Part shown: positions 10,083 through 21,044 of the stretch, one piece after another | Numbering within the stretch: the first letter of the stretch is position 1 | How the letters are laid out: each line of letters starts with the position of its first letter | Origin: an uncultured Acidobacteriaceae bacterium | GTDB lineage: Bacteria; Acidobacteriota; Terriglobia; Terriglobales; Acidobacteriaceae | NCBI GenBank assembly: GCA_963800575.1 | Contig: CAWDBN010000013.1 | Coordinates: 4,497-68,496 of the forward strand | Length of the DNA stretch: 64,000 nucleotides | Direction of reading: 5' to 3' | Notes under the pieces: generated by a model | What the model saw: only the letters and a program-made list of their open reading frames with translations | Told to the model about the DNA's origin: nothing | Databases searched by the model: none | Position numbers and translations under genes: made by a program

Positions 10083-11474
10083 CTACAGTCGATATGCCTT
10101 TTTTACCAGCCCGTAGGCGAGATCCCGCGCCACTTCTGAAGCCTCTTCCTCTTCGAGCCGATGCTCGACGACCAACTTCGCGAGGAATGCACAATCCACG
10201 CGCCGTGCCACATCGTGCCGTGCCGGAATCGAGAGGAAGGCCCGCGTATCGTCGTTGAAACCCACCGTGTTGTAGAAGCCTGCGGTCTCCGTCACGCGCT
10301 GGCGGAAACGCATCATCCCCTCCGGACTGTCGTGAAACCACCACGGCGGCCCGAGCCTCAGGCACGGATAATGTCCAGCCAGCGGGGCTAATTCCCGGCT
10401 GTAGGTTGACTCGTCCAGCGTGAAAAGAATGATCGTTAGATCGCGCTCATTGCCGAATTGATCGAGCAAAGGGCGCAGCGCGTCCACATAATTCGTTGGC
10501 ATGGGGATGTCGGCACCTACGTCGCGACCGTATCGCTTGTAGAGTTCGCGATTATGATTGCGTGCGCTACCCGAGTGAATCTGCATTACCAGCCCGTCTT
10601 CGAGGCTCATCCGCGCCATTTCTGTCAGCATCTGGGCACGAAAGAGTTCGTGTTGCCGGGCATCGGCGCCGCCGGTGATTACCCGGCGAAAGAGTTGCGC
10701 GGCCTCTGCTGCGGGAAGATTCGCGGTTCGCGCGGTGGGGTGCCCATGGTCGGTTGCGGTGCAGCCGAGTTCGCGAAAGCGGACCCGCATCACTCGCAGT
10801 GCGCGCAGGTATCCCGCCCAAGCCGATGTATCTTCACCGGCCTTCTCGCTTAGCTTTGCGATGTTTTCGGCAAAGCCCTCAAAATCAGGGTCGACAACCG
10901 AATCTGGCCGGAAGGTCGGCAGGATCCTTCCTTTCCAGTTCGATTCCCGAAGGGCCTGGTGATCGGTCAACGAATCGAGCGGAGAATCGGTCGTCGCCAG
11001 CACTTCCAGATTGAAACGCTCATACAGAGCCCGCGGCAGAAACTCGGGTGTCCCTAACTTTTCTGAGATCGTGTCGAAATACATATCGGCGGTCTTTTCC
11101 GACAGCCGCTGCTCAAGTCCGAATAGTTCCTGGAAGGCAGAGTCCAGCCACATCCGCGTCGGCGTTCCGCGGAACAGAAAATAATGGCTCGCGAAGATGC
11201 GCCAGACTTTCCGCGGATTCCTTAATGTTGTTCGCCCAATCTCAAGATCCTCAAGCAAAATCCCCTGGCTGTAGAGCATGCGGAAAATGTAGTGATCGGG
11301 CTGCACAAACAGGCTGGTTGGATCGGGGAAGTGTTCATTCTTCGCAAACCACACAGCACGGGTATGCCCGTGAGGACTGAGGATGGGCAGGTTTCGCACA
11401 TTCTCATATAGCGTCCTGGCTATCCTTCGTGTGCCGGGCTCGGGCGGAAACAGACGATCTGGGTCGATGAGCAT
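10083..11474 (-). CDS. uxaC: Glucuronate (uronate) isomerase
   Basis: 463 aa. The N-terminus MLIDPDRLFP...LPILSPHGHT and the overall length match UxaC. Confidence 0.9.
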   Translation of the reverse strand: MLIDPDRLFPPEPGTRRIARTLYENVRNLPILSPHGHTRAVWFAKNEHFPDPTSLFVQPDHYIFRMLYSQGILLEDLEIGRTTLRNPRKVWRIFASHYFLFRGTPTRMWLDSAFQELFGLEQRLSEKTADMYFDTISEKLGTPEFLPRALYERFNLEVLATTDSPLDSLTDHQALRESNWKGRILPTFRPDSVVDPDFEGFAENIAKLSEKAGEDTSAWAGYLRALRVMRVRFRELGCTATDHGHPTARTANLPAAEAAQLFRRVITGGADARQHELFRAQMLTEMARMSLEDGLVMQIHSGSARNHNRELYKRYGRDVGADIPMPTNYVDALRPLLDQFGNERDLTIILFTLDESTYSRELAPLAGHYPCLRLGPPWWFHDSPEGMMRFRQRVTETAGFYNTVGFNDDTRAFLSIPARHDVARRVDCAFLAKLVVEHRLEEEEASEVARDLAYGLVKKAYRL

Positions 11475-11743
11475 AACTCCGACACTAAAAATGTGGCTTT
11501 AACTTATCCTAAGTAAAATCGTGATTATCTTACATCCGCATCCTGCTGAACGCTCTTCCTTGCATGCGCGAGTTGGCCACAGGCAAGCGCTACGGCAGAA
11601 TGCCTTCAGCATGAGCTCGATCCAAACTCGGCTTCATCACTGTTTCCTCCGTGCAGGTACTAAATTCCGTGCGAAATGCAACGCGTTACAAGCTGATTGC
11701 CAACCGTACGCGTTCATCCCTTCGTAGCGGTTAAGATATCGAG

Positions 11744-12679
11744 ATGGCGATCACATGCGCCGCGGCGCAGGAAGCGCGGCGAAACATTGCGTCGGTTGCC
11801 CTGCGCACGCCACTCATCCGGTGCAATGCAGAGGGGCCTGCAAACTTGTATCTGAAGTTAGAGAACCTGCAACCGATCGGGTCGTTCAAGATTCGCGGAG
11901 CTGCCAACGTCATGGCGCGGACCCCGCGCGAGCGGCTCACGCGCGGCGTTCTAACCGCCTCCGCCGGCAACATGGCGCAAGGCGTGGCTTTCTGCGCACG
12001 GCGAATCGGGGTTAGTGCGACGATTATCGCTCCTGACACCGCTCCGGCTACGAAGATTCAAGCCGTCGAACGCATGGGCGGGCGCGTGATCAAAGTTCCT
12101 TTTGCCGAGTGGTGGCGAACTTTCGAGACTCGCTCCTACCCGGGGGTCGACGCCACGTTTATTCACGCCTTCGACGATCCGGACGTGATGGCGGGTAATG
12201 GCACGATCGCTCTGGAACTGCTCGAAGATCTGCCCGATTTAGACGCTGTGGTAATTCCCTGGGGTGGTGGAGGATTGTCATGCGGCATCGCCGCGGTATT
12301 GCGAGAGCTTGCGCCCCGAGTGCGGATTTATGCCGCCGAGATTGAAACTGCGGCTCCGCTGGCTGCATCGCTTGCTGCCGGTGAGCCCCGAGCCGTCGAT
12401 TATAAGCCATCGTTTGTCGATGGTATCGGCAGCAAGACGGTATTTCCCGGCATGTTCGAATCGGCACGCGAGCTGCTCGATGGATCGTTGGTGGTCACTC
12501 TGACGGAAGCCGCGAACGCCATGAAAGTGGTGGCCGAGCGGAACCGGATGATTATCGAAGGCGCCGCAGCTTGTGCAGTTGCAGCTTGTCTGTCGGGCCG
12601 CGCCGGCTCCGGCAAGATCGTCGCTATCGTGTCTGGCGGCAACATCGACCTCGACAAGTTCGCTCGACTTGTCAGCTAG
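11744..12679 (+). CDS. PLP-dependent threonine/serine dehydratase family protein
   Basis: 311 aa. It has the PLP-lysine motif SFKIRGA and a glycine loop GGGGLSCG, consistent with the fold-type II PLP family. Confidence 0.85.
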   Translation: MAITCAAAQEARRNIASVALRTPLIRCNAEGPANLYLKLENLQPIGSFKIRGAANVMARTPRERLTRGVLTASAGNMAQGVAFCARRIGVSATIIAPDTAPATKIQAVERMGGRVIKVPFAEWWRTFETRSYPGVDATFIHAFDDPDVMAGNGTIALELLEDLPDLDAVVIPWGGGGLSCGIAAVLRELAPRVRIYAAEIETAAPLAASLAAGEPRAVDYKPSFVDGIGSKTVFPGMFESARELLDGSLVVTLTEAANAMKVVAERNRMIIEGAAACAVAACLSGRAGSGKIVAIVSGGNIDLDKFARLVS

Positions 12680-12915
12680 TGCCGCTCGTCGACCGGGGCT
12701 TCCGCACAGAACGGTACGATTGCATCACAGACTTATCTTTATCCGTCCCGCTTCGTCTAACCAGCAGGCTCACACCTTTTCTCGGCGACTTGGAAGCCCG
12801 TGGTGTTCGAGAGTGGCATCTGGGAACTGCACACGATTTGGAAAGAAGTCGCAAGACGAAAGGAGCGGTTCGTCCGGTCGGGAAAGAACAAATCGGATGA
12901 CCCGTCGAAGGTACA

Positions 12916-14175
12916 ATGTTATTGATTATGCGGATGATACTGGACATCTTCGCGCAAATCTTCCGCACGCTGTGGGCGCACAAGCTACGCTCGTTCCTGA
13001 CCATGTTCGGGGTCGCCTGGGGTGTGGGGTCACTGCTTCTGCTCGTCGGCCTGGGCGAGGGTTTCCGCTCGGGAAACAAGCGCGGGCTGTCCGAGTTCGG
13101 GGAGAACATCATGTTTATCTTTCCCGGCCGCGCACCAACCGTGGCAGGCAGCATGAACTCCGCGCGCAACTATTTGCTCACTTACCAGGATTATCTCGAC
13201 GTCCGGGCGGAAGCTCCCCACGTGCGCAGTTCTTCGCCTGTGCTGTCGCGTGATGACATGCACGCGGTGAGCGAATTCGCCAATGCCAATGGACAGATAG
13301 CGGGCGTCGAGCCGCAGTATGCCGGGATCAGGTACCTTCCGCTCCAGCAGGGTCGATGGCTCAATGGTTTGGACGAGGCGCAGAGGCGCAACGTGATTGT
13401 GCTCGGCGACGAACTGACTAGGAACCTCTTCTCCGGGCGCCCCGCGCTGGGCGCATTCATCCTGCTCAATGACATAAGGTTTGAAGTGATCGGCACGGTA
13501 AAGCGCATCGGCCGCGGTGACGAAAACATGACCAACATGCGCGGCTACATTCCCTTCAAGACGATGGCGACCTTCTTCCCAATTAAGGGCGAAAATCATG
13601 AAAACTCGATCTCGCTCATCAACTATCAGCCGCGAGTGCCGGCAGAGCACTTGCTGGCACGGGAAGAGGTGCACAGGATCATCGCGCGTAATCACGGTTT
13701 CGATTACCGCGATCAAGACGCATTCGAAGACCTGGACACGGTTCAGCAGGCCGAGATGATGGGAAAGATTTTCGATGCCATGAATATGTTTCTGGGCACC
13801 GTGGGACTGGTGACGCTGGCTCTGGGCGCTATTGGCGTGATCAACATCATGCTGGTTGCGGTGAGTGAACGCACGCGTGAAATCGGATTGCGCAAAGCAT
13901 TGGGGGCAACGAACCGCAGCATCCTGTTTCAGTTTTTCATGGAGGGAGTTCTGCTGACGCTGCTGAGCGGCTTGATCGGCATGGGACTGGCGGGCGGGCT
14001 GATGGCGCTGCTGGGTACGCAACAATCGCCAGGGAATTTTGATCCTCCCAAGCTGGTGCCTGCTTCGGCAATTCTCGCAATTCTCTGCTTAACGCTGGCG
14101 GGCGTGGTGGCCGGATTGTATCCGGCGCGCAAGGCCGCCATGCTGCCGCCGGTTGAGGCGCTCCGGCAGGAATGA
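12916..14175 (+). CDS. MacB/FtsX-type ABC transporter permease (no ATPase domain)
   Basis: 419 aa. It has an N-terminal TM, a large periplasmic MacB-PCD-like region and a C-terminal FtsX 3-TM bundle (ERTREIGLRKALGA motif). Confidence 0.85.
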   Translation: MLLIMRMILDIFAQIFRTLWAHKLRSFLTMFGVAWGVGSLLLLVGLGEGFRSGNKRGLSEFGENIMFIFPGRAPTVAGSMNSARNYLLTYQDYLDVRAEAPHVRSSSPVLSRDDMHAVSEFANANGQIAGVEPQYAGIRYLPLQQGRWLNGLDEAQRRNVIVLGDELTRNLFSGRPALGAFILLNDIRFEVIGTVKRIGRGDENMTNMRGYIPFKTMATFFPIKGENHENSISLINYQPRVPAEHLLAREEVHRIIARNHGFDYRDQDAFEDLDTVQQAEMMGKIFDAMNMFLGTVGLVTLALGAIGVINIMLVAVSERTREIGLRKALGATNRSILFQFFMEGVLLTLLSGLIGMGLAGGLMALLGTQQSPGNFDPPKLVPASAILAILCLTLAGVVAGLYPARKAAMLPPVEALRQE

Positions 14176-15431
14176 GGGTTAGAGAGAATATGGTTGGTGA
14201 TTTGCTCAGCGAGGCCTACGGCGCGATGCGGCATAACCGCCGCCGCACTATGCTGACCATGCTCGGCATGGCTTGGGGAATCGCTACGGTTGTGATGCTG
14301 CTCTCCTATGGAAACGGCTTCGGTCAGGCTTGCGCCAACATCTTCGCCAACTTCGGCACCAAGCTGATGATCCTGGCTCCCGGCCGAAGCTCGATGCAGG
14401 CGGGCGGCCAGAAAGCCGGCGTTCCCATACGCTTCACGCTCGACGACGTCGAGACGCTTACTACCAACATTCCGCAAATTGCGCAGATCACACCCGAAGC
14501 CGACAAGCAAGCCAACATCCAGTACGAGACGCGGACGTTCACTTTCAACGTCACCGGCAATTATCCCAACGTCTTTTCCATCCGCGCGCTCAAACTGGCG
14601 CAGGGTCGCTTCTACAACCCGCAAGACGAGACCCAGCATGCCCGCGTCGCCGTCATTGGCTCAGAAGCCAAGGAAAAGCTTTTCTCGGGACGCAACGCGT
14701 TGGGCGAACGAATCCGTATCGATGGGCTCAGCGTTGAAGTCATCGGGATCCTGGGCCCTAAGATGCAGGGCGGCGATGACAATGTCAACCGCGTGATCTA
14801 CGTCCCTTTCACTACCATGAGCGGCGTCAAAGATACGCACTATCTCGACTCCATCTGGTTTAACTATGAAACACCTGCGTATGAAGATCTGGAACACACC
14901 GTACGCTCCGTGATGGCGATAGAACACAAGTTCAACCCGATCGACCGGCGAGCCATGTATGTATTTAACCTGATGCAACAGATCCATCAGTTCGAAATGA
15001 TTACTCTCGGCCTGAAGATTCTGCTGGGATTCATTGGCACACTTACCTTGGGCATCGGCGGCGTTGGCCTGATGAACATCATGCTGGTCTCGGTGACGCA
15101 GCGCACGCGGGAGATTGGGGTGGAAAAGGCGCTCGGCGCGCGCCGGAGCGACATCCTGCTTCAGTTCCTGGCAGAATCTTTGACGATCACTTTCCTCGGC
15201 GGCGCGCTCGGAGTCATCCTGGCCTACGCGGTTTCGCTTTTCGTGGGAAGGCTTACGCTATACAGCGCGATGGCAAAGAACGCCGAAGCCGGTGATATCC
15301 GGCTGGTCATTGCTCCGGGTACGCTGATCGTTGCCACGCTTATCCTCGCTGCGGTCGGACTCGTAAGCGGGATGGTGCCCGCCGTCCGGGCCTCACGACT
15401 GGATCCTATTGAGGCTCTGCGATACGAATAA
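14172..15431 (+). CDS. MacB/FtsX-type ABC transporter permease (paralog of the preceding gene)
   Basis: 419 aa with the same architecture (QRTREIGVEKALGA). There is an ATGA start/stop overlap with the upstream permease. Confidence 0.85.
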   Translation: MRVRENMVGDLLSEAYGAMRHNRRRTMLTMLGMAWGIATVVMLLSYGNGFGQACANIFANFGTKLMILAPGRSSMQAGGQKAGVPIRFTLDDVETLTTNIPQIAQITPEADKQANIQYETRTFTFNVTGNYPNVFSIRALKLAQGRFYNPQDETQHARVAVIGSEAKEKLFSGRNALGERIRIDGLSVEVIGILGPKMQGGDDNVNRVIYVPFTTMSGVKDTHYLDSIWFNYETPAYEDLEHTVRSVMAIEHKFNPIDRRAMYVFNLMQQIHQFEMITLGLKILLGFIGTLTLGIGGVGLMNIMLVSVTQRTREIGVEKALGARRSDILLQFLAESLTITFLGGALGVILAYAVSLFVGRLTLYSAMAKNAEAGDIRLVIAPGTLIVATLILAAVGLVSGMVPAVRASRLDPIEALRYE

Positions 15432-15444
15432 TTTAGACCGACGA

Positions 15445-17439
15445 CTACTGCGTCTTCGCGAACCATTCCTCGAACCACTCAAGCGTGCGTAAAGTGTAGT
15501 CCCGGGCGTCGGCGGGCTTAATGAATGCATGGCCCTCATCCGGATACACCACGAGCCTTGTCGGCACATGCAAGGTGCTGAGCGCGTGCCACCATTCGAC
15601 CGACTGCTCCATCGGAACTTCACCGTCCCGGTTGCCAACCAGGATCAGGGTCGGCGTCTTCAACGCGGTGACGAAGTGCATGGGATCGCTCTTGGCGTAC
15701 ACTGCGGGATCGTTGTACACCGATGCCCCGAAGAAGGGAATCATCCACTCGTCGATATCATTGAGACCGTAGTAGCTCAGCCAGTCGGAAAGGCCGGCGC
15801 CCGCCACTGCCGCGGCGAACCGGTGCGTTTGGGTTTCGGCCCACATGGTCATGTATCCGCCGTAGCTGTGTCCGCGAATGCCGATGCGCTTGCTGTCGAT
15901 GGGATACTGCTTCGAAATCGCATCCACCCCGGCCATGATGTCGCGGAAGTCCCCGCCGCCGAAATCTTTCACGTTGCCCTGCGTGAACAGCTCTCCCTGT
16001 CCGTAGCTGCCGCGCGGATTGGGGCAAAGAGCAAAGTAACCCATCGCCGAGAGCGCGCCCAGACTGCGGTCGTCCCAGCGCGACATGCATGCGGCCGACG
16101 GCCCTCCGTGCACAGTGACAACGAGCGGATAGGTTTTGCCTGACACAAAATCTTTGGGCAGCATCAACCACCCTTGGACACGTGTGTCGCCGTTCATCCA
16201 ATGCACATTCCGCATCTCGCCCCACGCCGGCTTGATGTCGGCGTTCAAGTCGGTCAGCCGCTTCCATTTGCCGATCGGACCCGCCCAGACTTCCGGTGGA
16301 GTGCTTGCCGATTGCCGCACGATGGCAGTAATTAATTTTCCGTCGGCTCCGGAACCAACTGAAGCCCAGGCAGCGCCGGCTGGGGATGCCGCCTCTTCGC
16401 CCGTCCAGAGCGTCTGGACCGCGCCGCCTTTGGTACTCACGCTGCCGAAGCCGGAATTTCCATCCACGTTTTCGGCGAATGTAACGCGGTCAGGAGCCGT
16501 CCAACTAAGCCTGGAGGGCGATGCCTTGAGGTTGGGCGTGAGATTTCGCGCGATACCCCCTGTCATCGGAACGACGTGGACGTCGCCGCCCGTGGACCCC
16601 TCATCGCTCATCAATCCTTCGATGAATGCAACGTTTTTCCCATCCGGAGAGACGCGTGGGACGGCGATTTGCAGTTTTGGCTTGTAGACCTCGCGCATCT
16701 CCCCGGTCTGCGCGTTCACCAGATACAGACGCGCAATCCACCAGTTGGCATCGCCCGAACCATGCGCGGCGATCGCTGCCCACGCGTGTCCGTCAGGAGT
16801 CCAGTCGTATTCGTAGACATACACATCCGCGGGCGTGACCTGCGTCAGATGTTCCGTGCTCAGAGCGTCGGTGCTCAGATCGATGATTGCAATGCGCTGC
16901 TCATAAATCTTCTCGTCGACGACGCCCGCAAGCGGGGTCATCGGTTGGAGCGGGCCGGCGACGCGAGGCATTCCCTCAATAAAAAGGACGGCAAGCTTCG
17001 AACCGTCGGGAGAGAAGCGCGGGGTCTCGACATAACCCTTCAGCTCAGCATGCTTTTGCTGACCAGTACCGTCGGATGCAGCGGTCCAGACTTGAGCAGC
17101 GGGCACCCCGCCGGGAAGACTGGCGATGAATGCAATACGCTTGCTATCTGCGGACCAGGCCACATCGCGGAGCGGAAGGTTAGCCTCCACGGCGATCGTG
17201 TGAGAGGCACCGCCCTTGGCCGGAATTACCGCGAGTTCTCCATTCGAGATAAAAGCGACTTGGGTTCCGTCGGGTGAGAGCGCAACCTGATCGATCGTCT
17301 TGGCGTGCGGCATGGAGTCAAGCACGGTTGCGGCGTGAGAAGGTGCGTCCTGGGCGAAAAGGGAAGCGCAAACCAACACCAAGGCGACAAAGAAAAACAG
17401 CGCTGAATAACCGAAGCGTGGGTTCGTTCGTGCACTCAT
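15445..17439 (-). CDS. S9 family serine peptidase (prolyl oligopeptidase/dipeptidyl peptidase-like) with N-terminal beta-propeller
   Basis: The nucleophile elbow GHSYGGYM and a C-terminal Asp/His region are present, with repeated SPDG propeller motifs. I chose the start at MSARTNPRF... (17439), which gives a signal peptide and avoids overlap with galT. The ORF track extends it to 17526. Confidence 0.85.
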   Translation of the reverse strand: MSARTNPRFGYSALFFFVALVLVCASLFAQDAPSHAATVLDSMPHAKTIDQVALSPDGTQVAFISNGELAVIPAKGGASHTIAVEANLPLRDVAWSADSKRIAFIASLPGGVPAAQVWTAASDGTGQQKHAELKGYVETPRFSPDGSKLAVLFIEGMPRVAGPLQPMTPLAGVVDEKIYEQRIAIIDLSTDALSTEHLTQVTPADVYVYEYDWTPDGHAWAAIAAHGSGDANWWIARLYLVNAQTGEMREVYKPKLQIAVPRVSPDGKNVAFIEGLMSDEGSTGGDVHVVPMTGGIARNLTPNLKASPSRLSWTAPDRVTFAENVDGNSGFGSVSTKGGAVQTLWTGEEAASPAGAAWASVGSGADGKLITAIVRQSASTPPEVWAGPIGKWKRLTDLNADIKPAWGEMRNVHWMNGDTRVQGWLMLPKDFVSGKTYPLVVTVHGGPSAACMSRWDDRSLGALSAMGYFALCPNPRGSYGQGELFTQGNVKDFGGGDFRDIMAGVDAISKQYPIDSKRIGIRGHSYGGYMTMWAETQTHRFAAAVAGAGLSDWLSYYGLNDIDEWMIPFFGASVYNDPAVYAKSDPMHFVTALKTPTLILVGNRDGEVPMEQSVEWWHALSTLHVPTRLVVYPDEGHAFIKPADARDYTLRTLEWFEEWFAKTQ

Positions 17440-17483
17440 AGCGCAAGGAGTATAGCTGGTTCCGATGCGGGATGCCGCACCGG

Positions 17484-18554
17484 TCACACATCCAGGTAAT
17501 GCTTGGAGGGCACATCCCGCAACCATTGCGCCGCTGTCTCAGCGGTGATGTCCCGTTGCGGCATGGCGAGCATTTCGTATCCCACCATGAATTTTTTTAC
17601 AGTCGCCGAGCGCAGCAAGGGTGGGTAGAAATGCGCATGCAGATGGAATTCGGGATGAGCCTCGCCATCGGTCGGCCGTTGATGAAAACCCATGGTGTAG
17701 GGAAACGAAGTTTTGAACAGGTTGTCATATCGAACGGTGATTTGCGAGAGTATGTCGGCAAGAGCATCGCGCTCCTCATGATTCAGTTCGTGCAACGCTG
17801 GCACGGATTTTCGGCTGATAAGCAGCGTCTCAAAAGGCCACACCGCCCAGTACGGCACCAGCACTACAAAATGGTCGTTGAAGCAGACCACGCGTTCCTG
17901 CTTTTCCAGTTCCAGCGCAAGGTAATCTCCCAGCAAGGTCGAGGCATGCGACCGGTAGTACTCCAAAACTGCGGCCAATTCATCTGCCGATTCGTTGGGC
18001 AGAGTTTGGTTGGCCCAGATTTGCCCATGCGGGTGTGGATTGCTGCACCCCATCATTGCGCCACGGTTTTCGAAAATTTGCACCGACCGGATGTTTTGCT
18101 GACTCCCGAGTCCGCGGAACTCTTCGGCCCAGGTATCGACCACGCGACGAATTTCCGGCACGCTCATTCGTGCCATTGTGAGATCGTGCCGCGGTGAATA
18201 ACAAACCACGCGACAGCGGCCCGCTTCACTGCTGGCAATGAGAAGTCCGCTTTCCTGGACTTCTGCGGCGGGAGTTTCTGGTTTGAGAGCTGCAAAATCG
18301 TTGTCGAAAACAAACGTCCCAGTGTAGGCGGGATTTCTCACTCCGCCAGCTCGCACATTGCCGGGGCAAAGGTAACAATTGGGATCGAATGCCACCTGCG
18401 TCTCGGGCGGAACGCTCTCAACCTGTCCCTGCCATGGACGCTGCGTCCGCCGCGGAGAAACCAGAAGCCATTCCCGCTTTAGTGGGTTGAAGCGGCGATG
18501 CGGATGCGCCGTCAGATCGGATGAACTCATCAGCGGACCTTTTTCATCTTTCAT
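17484..18554 (-). CDS. galT: Galactose-1-phosphate uridylyltransferase
   Basis: 356 aa with the active-site HPHGQIW (HxHxQ) and an N-terminal CxxC...H zinc-site region. Confidence 0.9.
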   Translation of the reverse strand: MKDEKGPLMSSSDLTAHPHRRFNPLKREWLLVSPRRTQRPWQGQVESVPPETQVAFDPNCYLCPGNVRAGGVRNPAYTGTFVFDNDFAALKPETPAAEVQESGLLIASSEAGRCRVVCYSPRHDLTMARMSVPEIRRVVDTWAEEFRGLGSQQNIRSVQIFENRGAMMGCSNPHPHGQIWANQTLPNESADELAAVLEYYRSHASTLLGDYLALELEKQERVVCFNDHFVVLVPYWAVWPFETLLISRKSVPALHELNHEERDALADILSQITVRYDNLFKTSFPYTMGFHQRPTDGEAHPEFHLHAHFYPPLLRSATVKKFMVGYEMLAMPQRDITAETAAQWLRDVPSKHYLDV

Positions 18555-18585
18555 CCCGCATCCTGATACGTAATACTCTGGTTCA

Positions 18586-19755
18586 TTACGCTACCCGCTT
18601 CACTCCGTTCGCAGCCGAGCAGACATAGATCTCAGCCGCACGGCCGGTCGAACGCCGGTACCCGTCGCCTACGCGCGCTTTGAACTCCCCGACACGGTCC
18701 TTGCGAACCAGGTTGATGGTGCAGCCTCCGAAACCTCCACCGGTCATTCGAGCCCCGTAAACACCTGGGGCTTGACCAGCCAGTTCCACCATCAAATCGA
18801 GCTCGGCACAGCTCACTTCAAAATCTTCGCGCAGGCTTTTGTGCGATTCTCGAATCAGGACTCCAAAGGTCTCAAGATCCCCGCGCTCCAGAGCAGATGC
18901 GGCCTGAAGCACACGAGAGTTTTCGCTGATCACGTGGCGGCAACGGCGAATGATTGTTTCCGGCAAATCTCCTCCATAGGCCGCCAAATCGCTCAGGGTG
19001 ACGTCTCTCAAGGCATGGACGCCTGGCAGATGCGCTGCAAGACATCGCACACCGGCTTCACATTCAGCGCGCCGCCGGTTGTATTCACCGCCCGATATGC
19101 TGTGGCGAACCATCGTGTTGCAAATCACGAGACGAGCCTTGTCACCGAGTGGAAGAAGCCGGTGTTCGAGTGAGCGGCAGTCGAGCATCAGCGCGTGGCC
19201 ATCTTGCCCATGGCTGGAAATAAACTGATCCATGATTCCGCAGCGCGCGCCCACAAACTCGTTCTCGGCTTTTTGGCACAGCAAGGCGAGTTTCGTCAGG
19301 TCGATCGCATCTCCTGCCACATCTAATAGCGCATAGCCGACCGCGATTTCCAGCGAAGCTGATGAGCTTAACCCTGCGCCCTGCGGTACATCGCCTTCGA
19401 TCAGCAAGTCGGCGCCTCTGCCGGAGTATGCCAGGGTTTTCGCCACTCCAATCACATAGTCGCTCCAATGCCCGGAACCTTTGTCTGGTGGTGCGTCCAG
19501 ATCGAATTCGAGTTGTTCGGCAAAGTTCTCCGATCGAACCACCAACTTGCGGTCGTGGCGGGGAGCCACGGCTACTCGGGTACAAAAACCGATCGCCGCC
19601 GGCATAACATAGCCATCGTTGTAGTCTGTGTGTTCTCCGATGAGATTCACCCTTCCCGGCGCCAGAAAGACGCGCGGGGCGGCCTCAAAAAGCTGGGTAA
19701 ATCTGTCTATCAACCCTTGAATCCGATTGTCGATCTCTAGATTGCCGCGACGCAT
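18586..19755 (-). CDS. galK: Galactokinase
   Basis: 389 aa with the galactokinase signature [17 protein letters not shown] and the GHMP motif [11 protein letters not shown]. Confidence 0.92.
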   Translation of the reverse strand: MRRGNLEIDNRIQGLIDRFTQLFEAAPRVFLAPGRVNLIGEHTDYNDGYVMPAAIGFCTRVAVAPRHDRKLVVRSENFAEQLEFDLDAPPDKGSGHWSDYVIGVAKTLAYSGRGADLLIEGDVPQGAGLSSSASLEIAVGYALLDVAGDAIDLTKLALLCQKAENEFVGARCGIMDQFISSHGQDGHALMLDCRSLEHRLLPLGDKARLVICNTMVRHSISGGEYNRRRAECEAGVRCLAAHLPGVHALRDVTLSDLAAYGGDLPETIIRRCRHVISENSRVLQAASALERGDLETFGVLIRESHKSLREDFEVSCAELDLMVELAGQAPGVYGARMTGGGFGGCTINLVRKDRVGEFKARVGDGYRRSTGRAAEIYVCSAANGVKRVA

Positions 19756-19818
19756 GGCAAACTCACTGTAACAAAATGAACTGACGCGCGCTTAGTCGGC
19801 AAGCGCGCGAGCTGTACA

Positions 19819-21039
19819 ATGCGCGTGAAGATACCGGAAGCGGAGGCACGCGTGACAACCTGCTGCAATCATTCATCCTTGAAATTCGCCCTGTTCCTGA
19901 TCTTTTTCGTGTGCGGGATGTCCGTCGCTCACTTATCCGCCGCTCAGATGACTGGCGGCCCGCCGCAAGCATCGCTCGCTCCGACTCCTCCGATGGGCTG
20001 GAATAGTTGGAACAAGTTTGGCTGTAACGTGAGCGAAAAGCTTATTCGAGAGATCGCCGACGCCATGGTCAGCAGCGGGATGAAGGCCGCTGGCTACCAA
20101 TACGTCAACATTGACGACTGCTGGCAGGTAAGCCGTCAGGCGGATGGAACGATTGTCGCCGATCCGCAGCGTTTTCCTAACGGCATCAAGAACCTCGCTG
20201 ATTACGTCCATGGAAAAGGATTGAAGCTCGGCATCTATACCGACGCCGGACGCCTGACCTGCGAAAAACGCCCGGGAAGTTTCGAGCATGAGCTTCAAGA
20301 CGCCAAGACTTATGCGTCATGGGGTATCGACTACGTGAAGGTTGACTGGTGTAACGCCGAGGGACTGGAACCAGAAATACAGTATGCGAAAATTCGTGAC
20401 GCTCTGGCGCAGTCGGGCCGGCCAATCGTATTCAGCATCTGCAATTGGGGAGTAAAGGCGCCGTGGCGCTGGGGCCCGGCTACAGGAAATCTCTGGCGCG
20501 CTACGGGAGACATTAGCGATCACTACAGTCGCATGTCGGAGATTGGATTTTCACAAAACGGTCTGGAGAAATTTGCCGGCCCCGGACACTGGAATGATCC
20601 CGACATGCTGGAAGTTGGCAACGGCGGCATGAGCCGCGACGAATACCGCACGCACATGGCGCTCTGGGCGATCCTCGCAGCGCCCTTGCTCGCGGGAAAC
20701 GACTTGCGAACCATGAACGCCGAGACTCGGGAACTCCTGACCAACCCTGAAGTAATTGCCATCGATCAGGATCGCAAAGGCGTACAAGGCCAACGCGTGT
20801 GGGAGGAAGGACCGCTGGAAATCTGGGTGAAGCCGCTCGCAGACGGGAGCCTGGCGGTTGGGCTCTTCAATCGCACCGAAGCCGCCTTCAAAATGCAACT
20901 CGATTCAAAACTGATTGGCGTGCCGCCTTCGGGGAAGCTGCGTGACGTGCTCGACCACAAGGATCTTGGCCCGATCAATGATTCTTATGACACAGATGTC
21001 CCGGGGCACGGTGTCGTCATGCTCCGCGTTTCTGAGTGA
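19819..21039 (+). CDS. Alpha-galactosidase (GH27), secreted
   Basis: 406 aa with motifs PPMGWNSWNKFGCN and YVKVDWC and a hydrophobic N-terminal signal-like segment. It is divergent from galK-galT. Confidence 0.88.
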   Translation: MRVKIPEAEARVTTCCNHSSLKFALFLIFFVCGMSVAHLSAAQMTGGPPQASLAPTPPMGWNSWNKFGCNVSEKLIREIADAMVSSGMKAAGYQYVNIDDCWQVSRQADGTIVADPQRFPNGIKNLADYVHGKGLKLGIYTDAGRLTCEKRPGSFEHELQDAKTYASWGIDYVKVDWCNAEGLEPEIQYAKIRDALAQSGRPIVFSICNWGVKAPWRWGPATGNLWRATGDISDHYSRMSEIGFSQNGLEKFAGPGHWNDPDMLEVGNGGMSRDEYRTHMALWAILAAPLLAGNDLRTMNAETRELLTNPEVIAIDQDRKGVQGQRVWEEGPLEIWVKPLADGSLAVGLFNRTEAAFKMQLDSKLIGVPPSGKLRDVLDHKDLGPINDSYDTDVPGHGVVMLRVSE

Positions 21040-21044
21040 GCGGA

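Noticed and set aside
12814-12831. A sigma-54-like promoter, TGGCAT-N-TGCA, upstream of the permease pair.
   Set aside because: The GG-to-GC spacing is 14 nt instead of the strictly conserved 12. No enhancer-binding protein gene is nearby.
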